Below, piece after piece: positions 13,082 to 23,389 of a stretch of DNA of 64,000 nucleotides. Numbering within the stretch: position 1 is the stretch's first letter; each line of letters starts with the position of its first letter. Source of the DNA: Epiperipatus broadwayi (taxonomy: Eukaryota; Animalia; Onychophora). Under the pieces are notes generated by a model. The model had not been told where the DNA came from. It ran no database searches and saw nothing but the letters and a program-made list of their open reading frames with translations. The stretch lies in contig JAQFVV010000005.1 in the NCBI GenBank assembly GCA_028023455.1, positions 18,476,001 through 18,540,000 of the forward strand, in the 5' to 3' direction. A program made the position numbers and the translations under genes.

Positions 13082-15250
13082 CTTGAAGAAAAATATGATT
13101 AGCTGATTATTTCTAATAAAATATCGTCTTTTAATCAAAAACTGCATTTTTTAAATTCACTACAGAAGACCATCTTTTCTTTTATAGATATTTACAATTA
13201 AAAAACAAACAATCTGTTCATAAATTGTAATATTACATAACCACTTATAAAAATATTCAAACGCTAGCGGAGTTCGAAGTTAATTATTGAAATATTCTAG
13301 TATGTCTAAAATACGGTTTAAAAAAAAAAGAGAGAATGCAGTAAAAACCGACAAGCAACTTATCAAAAATTATTAAACGAAGTGTAAGTAAATTCTCTGG
13401 AAACTATTACTTCATTTTAGGTTTTCATTTTTGAAATGGTCTCCGATATAGGATTGCTACGGTCCGAATTTTACATTTGCAAAAGAAATAGGACTTTTTA
13501 ATTTTTTAAGATTTGCCTGATTTTAAAATAAATAAATAAATAAAAAAGTCTGTTGCTATAGAAAACGTGAAAGATAAATTTCTAACAAGTTGAGTCATTC
13601 TTTCTTCAGCTGTCAAATACACATGTCCTTCTTAATCAGGAATACATTTATTTTTATATGGCTGCACATACCCACACATCGGGAGTTGTTTAAAAAGCTT
13701 TAAAATATTAATCAATAGTTTTTTCCTTTTTTAAAAAAAAAATGTGTTTACATTTTTGTCTTTCCTTTCTACAACCTCTTTTGTAGGGGTTTAATTTTTT
13801 GTTGTTGTTTTGCATACAAATGAATTTATTTTTTTAACGAAAAAAAAATTTTTTTTTTAAAGAGTTAAATATAAAATAACCGATACAGAATTTTTTATTA
13901 ATGACAATTGTTTGTATGATTAATTTATTCCTCTTGGGAAAAATGCATCTGATTATATATAATTTCAAATTTGCAAATATTGCAAAATTATACTTTGCTA
14001 TCATTTTTGGGTGTAAAAAAGGATCAATCTGCTAGAGATATTAATTTTAATAATTATTGTTTGCTTGCAAAACAGCAGTATTTAGGGTAACAAATAATTT
14101 ATGAGGTTTGCCTTAATAGAAGCAAATTTAATTTAAACAAAACTTTTATACCACTAGAAGTTTCTTTTTTTAATATACAGAATTTACCAAATTATTGCAT
14201 ACATGAATGTTCTAAGAAGACAAAAGAGAATATAGTAGTTTAGATCAGTTTAAGAGAGTGTTTCTGATAAAACATCTGGTAAGAAAATGGAAAATCTTGT
14301 TTTAAAAAGACTTTTTGTAATTGGATTTATAAAAATTTGATTTAAATAATATTGTGGTTTTTATAAAAATAATAGCACCCCCCCTCTCTCTCTATTTATA
14401 TGTTATTTAGTTTATATATATGTTATTATTTGTAAATTTTCAACTTTCACGTTTATTTATATGCATTAATATATTTTTTGGTATATACACGTTTAAAATA
14501 ATCTATACTAATTTATCTTACCTATTTCATTCACTGAGTTGATGGGAAACATGGCGTACGTGTAATACATTTCAAGTGATGTAATAAATAAATAAAAATA
14601 ATTGTTATCATTATAATATTAATAATTTTAGTTAATGCATCAACCATTTTTGAGAATGACTTGGAATTCGAATCCGAATAAAGTCAGAAATATTTTCTGC
14701 TAAAAGATGGTTCAATATAATTAAATACATTTCTGCTTAAGCCTTATTAACATTCTTTTTTAAAAAGATCTTCTCCCCATCTCCAACAATTACAACTATC
14801 CAGCAATCTTCATCAGTCTGTAAGAAAGTAAACTGAATATTTAAAATAGAAGAAAATACTTTATGTAACTTCCACATTTTTTTGTCAATCTTAGTCAATT
14901 TTTCAAGTCGTCTGTTATTGGTTGGTAACTGGCATATAATATATATATATATATATAATAACGTAGTGGATCATTAAAATGTACAATGTAGCTTTAATTA
15001 TTGATACACTATTAGAAGAAAGTGTGTTACAGAATGACAATTTATAGAGAACTGCATTATGATTTGGTTGGAATATTCTATCACCTAATTATTTTAGTTT
15101 TCCTTCAAATTATGTGAGAATGTTGAGAGTAATAAACACAACAAAAAGGCAAATAGATTATCCACTAAAGAAAGTAATGTGGCTGTTAAACATTTGAAGA
15201 CACAAACAGATTGAACTTTTTAGAAAAGCACCATTTTCACAGTAACTATT

Positions 15251-15658
15251 AATTGAAATAAATTGAGATACTGCCAAATCTCTCAGCGCTCGTTATAATA
15301 CTTATCTGACAGCCAATCAGATATCAGTCATAGCTGTCCAAATAATAACCAAACCTAACACATGACAAAGATTTTACAAGAAAAGGGTAGCCACCCTTTT
15401 CTCTACTTTTCTTTCTATATATCTACGCCAGTCATAAGTATTTAGGTCCGAAATCTTGAAGCTTTAAATATCTCCACAAATAACTCACTGAGTCTAAATC
15501 ATAAATGTACAATGCGAAATCCTATGATATACTACGAAGTAGTTTTTAGAATACATAACAAGCAGTAAAGTATTAAATAATATAGTTGAAAATTGAAATA
15601 AATTGAGATACTGCCAAATCTCTCAGCACTCGTTACAATACTTATCCGACAGTCAATC
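15251..15658. repeat. About 68-bp direct repeats with 340-bp period (LTR-like / terminally redundant unit)
   Basis: aattgaaataaattgagatactgccaaatctctcagc(g/a)ctcgtta(t/c)aatacttatc(t/c)gacag starts at 15251 and at 15591. Confidence 0.8.
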
Positions 15659-16639
15659 AATTTTAAAAAATGTTTTCAGAATAGAGAAAATTTTAATACC
15701 TCTCCCCCTTTCTTTTTTTGCATAAACATTATTATTCTTAATGTAATTTCATATTGAATTGTGAGCTCTGTGTAAAATTTCCCATTTCTTTACACTCCAA
15801 CTTTCATTATTTCTTTCTATTGATATTCTTAGACACTTTTAGTTCTTTCATCAAAACCTTTACAATTTAAATACTCTGGGTAAACAAGTTTTTTAATATG
15901 TAATTTAGGTATCTACACATTTCCTTTCATATATAACATGCAATAAATTAACTGATCATTCATTAGTTTAATTCATTTATAGTAGTCTAATCTGGACATT
16001 TAATTTCTTAAAGACTTTATCTTGGGTTTGAAAAAGTGGGAGTATTCATTTATATAGTGACATCTGCAAATCGCATGTGTATTAGCTTATTGGCTTATTG
16101 ATATTATCTGAAATATTGTAATTAGAAATTACTCCCAACTCTCATTTTCTCCTCAATTTGTTTCAGTCTTTCTAAATTTCTGCAGCATGAATAAGAATAA
16201 ATATATCTGATTTTAAATTAAGTATAGTGATTAAAACACTTGTAAATAAGCAATAGGTGGATTTTAAGGATCATTTATTAATACTATCCAACCAAATAAT
16301 AACAGAACAGTATTCTCATACTTCATATGTATTCCAACTAAACCTAGTCTCATCAAGTGTAAATCCTTATTAAACATGCTAAAATAGTAACATGAACTTT
16401 ATATAAAGTTTACATTATTAAATTTATACATAAGTTTCTCAAATTATTGTTTTCAAACTGTAAATATAATAAAACTGAATGGGAGATATATTAAATATTT
16501 ACATATATTCTAGTCATAATTACTACTATATTTATAATTTTGTGGTAAACTATATCATCTCATATAAGACTGCAAATGAAATTATAATTGTTTTTGCCTT
16601 GCATTTTGGATGTTTAAAGTTAATAATTAATAAAATGGT

Positions 16640-16840
16640 GATTTATATATCTAGAATATTGTGGAAGAAACCATTCTTTACACATGTACTAGAATTGGCA
16701 TGCATTCTCTCCCATCAATAATTGTTTTAAAACCATAGACAAATCAGGTTTTCAAACAATTATTGATGGGAGAGAATGCATATCACCTCTAGTGCATGTA
16801 CAATGAATAGTTCCTTCCATAAAATTAGTGATTTAAATAT
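16640..16840. repeat. Foldback (inverted-repeat) element
   Basis: Perfect 28-bp inner arms 16700-16727 / 16754-16781, plus degenerate outer arms. Confidence 0.8.
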
Positions 16841-17477
16841 AATATATTAAGTATGAGTATGTGTTAATATCTTCACACTTTGGAAATAAAACTACCATAT
16901 TATATAATTTTATGAGTTCAAGATGCTGGTATACCAAGATTGATAAGAATTTAATTCTCTAGCACACATGAAAGGCTATGTCTAGTCAAAATGCATGAAT
17001 ACTATGAAGAAATTGGTCTACCACATTATGCTGGACAGAGATTAGCATTTATCCTCATTTGGAAAAGATGTTTCAACATGGTCATGGCAATACATTAAAG
17101 AATTAGTTATTTATAACTTTCTACACCTCTGCAGTCACTATATTATAATGCCTTTTCTCAATTGAGGGCAAATACTTCTCTGCTGACATGTTAGATATTT
17201 ATACAGTGTATATTTTATATTCAATACAATTGTCCCCAAAACTACTAATGATTGTAATATATACATACACATATATTAAAACATCCAGATGACCAACTTT
17301 ATTATAAAAAAAACAGCCTATACATTGTCAATATCAACCCAATCAGACACAACTTTTTTAAAGTAGTTTGAACATGAATTCCTAAATTTTTTACTATAAT
17401 AGGTCAAAATAGTCTTTTAGAATATTCTTAATTTTAATGAAATGAATGAAAAGAAGGTTTACTTCATACTTATACAT

Positions 17478-17542
17478 ATCACATGATCACATTTCCTATA
17501 CTAGCACATTAACTGTATGGAGAGTTTTGCTCTGTTTATCAA
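17478..17542. mobile_element. Collapsed remnant of family 1 foldback element
   Basis: Reverse-complement tail atcacatgatcac..tactagcacat is fused directly to the right-arm end actgtatggagagttttgc. Confidence 0.6.
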
Positions 17543-18367
17543 CTTATACATATGCAAAATAAAAACAAAGCCATCTTATAAGATGGCTTTAATGAAAATA
17601 TATTTTATATTATTTCAATTACAGAATACTAAAATTATTTACAGTATATTGTCTGAAAATCAAATAGTCTCTGAGATTGTCTACCTAATATATCTTACTT
17701 CTTATATTGGTTAAATTAGTAGAAGAGTTAAGATACTTTGAAATTATAGTAATATCATAAAACAAATCTTCTCTTCTGCTTTTCAACAGTCAGTTTTGAT
17801 TGCATAAACCTTAACAGTTAACAAATATTTTTAAATTTAATAAATTAAAAAGCAACATAACAGAGAACCCATAAAAACCCAATTATTTAAATAAAAAAAG
17901 ATTAGAATTATCAGATATTGGAAAGCTCTGGTTTACTTATAAAACTGTGGAATGATCCTAGCTAATATATTAAGATTTTGTTATCTCTTTCTTTATGGAT
18001 TGATTTTAATATATATATTTCCTTTATAGGATTATTTTAAAATAAGCCTCCCCACTTCCACCCTCAAAATTATACCCAATCTTTTTCCTTGGGGGGGGGG
18101 GGGCAGGAGGGGTTTCAATATTCAAGCTTTCACAAATTGGCAGAACTGGAGCAGGAGAAATAGATTTGCTGTCTAAAAGTAATGCGTAGGAGGGGTCATA
18201 TGATGTTTGTTATAATTTTATTAATGTTATCAAATGATGAAAATCATCATGCTTGTCTTTACACACAGGAAGGTCAAAATTTTCTTTTACTCATTAAAAT
18301 ATTCAAGTCAATATATATACTGTTAACATGAAATATAAGTTTAATACTAAAGTTTTTCAAAATAATC

Positions 18368-19299
18368 AAACATCACAACATGCTCACCATTTCATGTGCT
18401 TACACATGCTCTCTGTATAGTAGTGCCACCAAGTACAAGCCTTGATAATCAATGGATACAGAAAGGTTTGTGAATAAAATTCTGTCCATAGGATAATGGT
18501 GACTGTGGTTTTTTAAAAACTAAAGATACCAAAATGTGTAAATGTTGAACTGAGTTCAGATTTATATGACTATACAAGCAAATGAGCTTGGATTGGAAAG
18601 ATTATGGGGTTCTCATCTTGGGCTCCTAGCTTTATAGTTAACCAAATAGGTAAAAAGTGGCTACTGGAGAATTGCATTAGAGCATAATATCTAGTGCAGT
18701 GCTCTCAATTCCAAGGATCCTCATTGATGAAAGCCATAAGCTAGAAACTAATCTGGGGATGTTAGATGAGTAGTTACCATATAGGGAATTGATGCACAGA
18801 CCCCCCTGCATCCATTGATTATAAAGGCTTGCACTTGGTAGCACTATTGTATGGAGAGTTTGGAACTCTTATTAACAGCATGTGTAAGCATACGAAAATG
18901 GTGATCATGTGATGTTTTTTATGGTTTTATAACTATACTGCCCATATGATAATGGTGACTGTGGTTTTTGAAAAACCAGAGACACCAAAATGTGGTGATG
19001 CTGAACTGAATTCAGATATATATGATTATACAAGAAAATGAGCTTGAATTGGAAACCTTGTGTCTTTATCTTGGACTTCTAGCTTAATAGTTAATCAAAT
19101 AGGTAAATAATGGCTGCTGGAGGGTTGGGTTAGATCCTAAGATCTAGGTACATCAAATCCAAAGCTCATCACTGATGAAATCCCAAGCTAGAAACAAGTC
19201 TAGAATGTTGGATATCAATTTTATTCACAAACCTTCCTGCATCAATTGATTACAAAGGCTTGCACTTGGTGCACTACTGTATAGAGAGTTTGGTACTCT
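18368..19299. mobile_element. Family 1 foldback element containing a head-to-tail ~1.8-mer of a 456-nt unit with two decayed hammerheads
   Basis: gataatggtgactgtgg at 18492 and 18948. HHR-like motifs at 18718-18759 and 19166-19206. Inverted arm plus tail at 18368-18485. Degenerate TSD 18345-18359 / 19300-19314 (13/15). Confidence 0.8.
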
Positions 19300-19526
19300 T
19301 ACTAATGTTTATCATTAAAAAATGTAACATCATTTCTGTTTTTCTATTTATCAGAAATATTCAATATTTAATTATAATACCTTTTAAAACATTAGTACTG
19401 AATAAATATGGATAGTGTCAATAAATTAATAATAATAAGTGATCAATTGCTGAATATTTTCACAGAGAAATTATTACTTGGATTTAAAACGTTTAATTTT
19501 TTAAAAGATTTATAAAAATCAAAATA

Positions 19527-21028
19527 CATCATCATCATCATCAACCATTATCAATCCACTGCAGGATGAAGGTCTCTCCAAGTTCAACCGATCTTTTCCT
19601 ATCTTTAGCTTCTCTTCTCCACATCACCCCTGCACCCTTTCTTATTTCATCCACCCATCTCACATGTGGTCTCTTTCTGGGTCTTTTACAATCTCTTGGA
19701 ATCCAGTTTAAAATTTCAATTGTCCATCTGTTATCATCTCTTCTAACAATATGTCCAACCCAACTCCACTTCAGTCTTTTAATTTTTTCAATGAGGGTCA
19801 GTAACACCTGTTTGTTCTCTTACCCATACATTGCGTTTTCGATCCCTTCTTGTTATTCCCAACATGCATCTCTCCATACTTCTTTGAGTGGTCTGAAGTT
19901 TCTGTATTGCTCTTCTATTAAGTGTCCAAGTCTCAGATCCATAAGTAAGAACTGGCAAAACACATTTATTAAAAACCTTCCTTTTCAAACACATAGGCAT
20001 ATTTCCTTTTAGTATCAAGTTATTTCTACCAAAAGCATTCCAAGCAAGTTTAATTCTATGATTAATTTCATCCATTATATTTCCATCTGTATTAATAATC
20101 TGACCAAGGTATTTGTAACTGTTAACTTCTTCTAACTCATCATAATCAATCTTTATTTTCATATTTTGAGAAAATTTATTAAACATTACTTTAGTCTTTT
20201 TAACATTTATCTTTAGTCCTACTTTCCTACTTTCATCTGATAACTCCTGCAACATTTCCTGTAGCTCTAAAGTATTATTTGCAAAAACAACTACATCATC
20301 TGCAAAATCTAAATGACTTAAATAATCTCCATTTACTTTCACTCCTTTAGCTTCCCATTTTAATCCACAAAATACTTCTTGCAGCACTGCTGTAAAAAGT
20401 TTTGGAGATATGGAGTCACCCTGTCTTACACCCTTTTCAATGTTGATTTTCCTACTGTCATTATAGAATCTAATTGTTGCTGTGGCACTTTTATAAATAT
20501 TCTTCAAAATATGACAATATCCTGGATCTACACCTTGATGATCCAATGCTTTAATCACTGAAGAAATGTTTATACAATCAAATGCCTTTTCATAGTCTAC
20601 AAATCCTAAGCATAATGGCAACTCATATTCATTTGTCCTTTCTATAATTTCTCTCAATACCTGGATATGATCTACTGTACTAAAACCACTTTTAAATCCA
20701 GCTTGTTCTCTTGGTTGGTGGAAATCCAGTGTTTTCTGTAGACGAGTTATAATTATCTTAGTAAAAAATTTGTATAAAACTGATAAAAGACTGATAGGTC
20801 TGTAATTTCTAATATCTTCTTTATCACCTTTTTTAAATATTAATATTATTACTGCATTCTTCCAATCATCTGGTACATCTTTATCATTTAGACAATTGGT
20901 ATATAACTTTGCTAAAAAAAATTCGATTTCTTCACCTGCTTCTTTTAATATATCAATTACAATTCCATCATTACCTGGAGCCTTCCCTTTCTTCATGAAT
21001 TTAATTGCACGTCTCACTTCCTCATTCA
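19527..21028 (-). mobile_element. RTE-clade LINE, 5'-truncated, (TGA)n tail
   Basis: RT ORF 19788-21059 plus C-terminal frame 19541-19807. 3' end ATTGATAATGGTTGATGATGATGATG. Near-identical copies at 32710 and 49327. Confidence 0.92.
19788..21028 (-). pseudogene. RTE reverse transcriptase (no endonuclease; one frameshift near 19795)
   Basis: KGKAPGNDG, KKGDKEDIRNYRPISLLS, QPREQAGF, FVDYEKAFD, GVRQGDSISP, HLDFADD, YKYLG. Confidence 0.92.
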
Positions 21029-21186
21029 ATATATATATATATGAAAAACAAAAATGCAAGTTAAAAAAACTTGCTAACGCTTGTATTTATGTCCACAGAT
21101 GGCGTTCTACCAAAAACACCGATCAAGCGTATGTTTTGTTTACATAAACGTCAGAGCAGTATTCACTATCTCTAACTATAATTACA

Positions 21187-21230
21187 CTTTCAGATCATGA
21201 TTTCAAGCTATTTGCTATCATCAGTGAAAG
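21187..21230 (-). ncRNA. Minimal type I hammerhead ribozyme (family 2)
   Basis: CTTTCA-CTGATGA-TAGC-aaata-GCTT-GAAA-TCATGA-TC-TGAAAG. Perfect 6-bp stem I, intact core, palindromic stem III ATCATGAT, AUC cleavage triplet. Confidence 0.8.
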
Positions 21231-21580
21231 ACAGGAATAAAGAAACTAGATCTAAACACAAACTCTGAGCGTTTATGAAACAATTTCTATTCAGCTTGCA
21301 AGCGTGAGTGTGGACATAAATACAAGCGTTAGCAAGTTTTTTAACTTGCATTTTTGTTTTTCATAAATGTACCTTTGAGGTCTTTCTTGCAATGATATAG
21401 ATTGCAGAGGCTTCTACTATGTGGTGATGCTGAACTGATATCAGACCCATATAGCTATCTGGTTTGCTATGCTGAGTTTGAAGACATTACGTGTCTAAAA
21501 GATTCACGCTTGCAAGCTGAATAGAAATTGTTTCATAAACGCTCAGAGTTTGTGTTTAGATCTAGTTTCTTTATTCCTGT

Positions 21581-21623
21581 CTTTACTGATGATAGCAAAT
21601 AGCTTGAAATCATGATCTGAAAG
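21581..21623 (+). ncRNA. Minimal type I hammerhead ribozyme (family 2, opposite-strand copy)
   Basis: Same motif with a 1-nt deletion in the stem I 5' strand (CTTTA). Confidence 0.7.
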
Positions 21624-22433
21624 TGGATTTATAGTTAGAGATAGTGAATACTGCTCTGACGTTTATGTAAACAAAACATACGCTTGATCGGTGTTTTTGG
21701 TAGAACGCCATCTGTGGATATATATATATGAGTTAATTTGCCAGATAATCAATTATCATTAGCAAAATTATAACAGAAAGAAACAACTTGGAGTTTAAAT
21801 AAAAATACGAAGAAAAAAATTGTTTAGAATAATCTTTAAAACAACCATAATATTTACCATATCAAATTAGATTAGTAGTGATGAATGGTGATCACTCAGA
21901 TCCAATTAGAGAAACGACCTGCCCTTATCTTGCTGATTTAATGCTTGCAAATTGAATAGATGAACGAGTAATGTGAGTTTGTACTTGATGTAAAGAAACA
22001 AATCAAACAAGCCCTATAACCAAATATATATATATATTTTAATTTTCTGCTTAATATCATTTTACCTTTAATGGTTTTTGGACAGTGACTACAGTGGCTC
22101 TGAAAATTCTCATTGTATAAAAAATTCCAACAGTAACGACTAAGAAAAGAGTTAGTGAAGGATGTTTAGAAATTTTTAACGGAGAGCAAAAGAATCAAAG
22201 AACTATCAAATAATTAAAGAGTCATTATAGAAAAAATATAGTACAGTTTATCTTTATAATTTTTTGAAAACAATTGATAGTCAAAAAAGCAAGTCATATA
22301 TAACATGACATTACTTTTATAAGCTTGTCTTTACAAAACGTAATACAGAGAGCATACCAATGGCTCAAACAAGCTCTTAATTGACAAGTGCGGTATGAGA
22401 AAATATTTAAAATATCTATCCTGAACCTTCCCA

Positions 22434-22479
22434 TCTCCAGATCAACTGGTTTTGAGCTCATGGCTCACATCAGTGGAGA
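22434..22479 (-). ncRNA. Degenerate hammerhead motif
   Basis: TCTCCA-CTGATGT-GAGC-catga-GCTC-AAAA-CCAGTTGA-TC-TGGAGA. Stems I and II are perfect; the core carries A9U and G12A. Confidence 0.5.
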
Positions 22480-23091
22480 GCTAGAATATTCAGACACTAG
22501 ATCTAAAATATCAATTGAGTAAGCAACGACATGTTTTCCTCATCTATTACTATTTCTTGTGGTCCTCAGCCTAGAAACAATGTCTTATATGTTGTTATAA
22601 TCTCTCTTTCAATCATACCAATTTAATTCTAAAGGAAAAAGCAATAGTAATATATTTTTGTAATCAAAATAGTTTGCACAACTTTCACCATTAATTTACT
22701 AGCTAACATTGAATTCTCATCGTACTATAACTAAGTTAAACTGCTCTGGCTATCTTGAATCATGGATGTAAAAGATAACTACTAACTGCTACACCATAAA
22801 ATAGAATGTTCTACAAAACAATGTTTTAAACAACCTCATAAATTAAGGGGTAAATGACAAGTTTTGGAAATGGCAGGAATGAAAGTAAATAGATTAGGAC
22901 AAGGAATATTCGGGAAAAGACAACGACTTTATAGTATTGAAATAAAATAAATATAAATACATTTGGAAATATATGCACTTATGAATAATATTTGATTGGT
23001 TATTTTTATTCAGTATTAAGAAGGAAAATGTTGAACAAAATAACTTTTATTTAAATTGACCTACAATGGTTGACAAGAATAACTAAATTAG

Positions 23092-23254
23092 CAATATTTT
23101 TTTTTGTCTTTAATATAGAACAAAACTTTCAAAGCATCAATACACATACATTAACACTATTCTATAATTTGCCAATATTTTTTTTTGTCTTTAATATAGA
23201 ACAAAACTTTCAAAGCATCAATACACATACATTAACTACTATTCTATAATTTGC
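23092..23254. repeat. 81-bp tandem duplication
   Basis: Near-identical units start at 23092 and 23173. Confidence 0.9.
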
Positions 23255-23389
23255 ATTCTTTAAACAGAAGGTTAGAGGAAATATGATTTTCAAGTGGAGT
23301 CACTAAATTTACTTATCAATGTATGCTACTTGCAGGAGGATCACAGAAAGAAGTCTTCTATTTAATTAAACTTCTCTAAGTACAATTAA

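Larger units (their letters stand above)
21041..21718. mobile_element. Family 2 foldback element: inverted arm plus one circularly permuted 404-nt unit, in a (TA)n site
   Basis: 21041-21097 is inverted at 21309-21363, and 21092-21307 is inverted at 21505-21718. The plus segment starts (21309) and ends (21713) with TGTGGA. (TA)n on both flanks. Confidence 0.88.

Noticed and set aside
13570-13615. Minus-strand CTGAAGA...GAAA
   Set aside because: No convincing stem I or stem II; chance match.
5691-17714. Short ORFs of 60-90 aa in the ORF track (e.g. 5712, 9248, 9658, 10482, 16479, 17517)
   Set aside because: Low-complexity I/L/F/K/N-rich translations typical of random AT-rich DNA; no recognisable motifs.
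19566-20012. Plus-strand ORFs (also 32743-33048, 49295-49684, 49549-49860) as genes
   Set aside because: They are antisense shadows of the RTE coding strand.
21041-21718. Assembly or amplification fold-back artefact
   Set aside because: The arms carry independent substitutions and indels, and related elements have TSDs and recurring junction rules. Long-read confirmation is still advisable.
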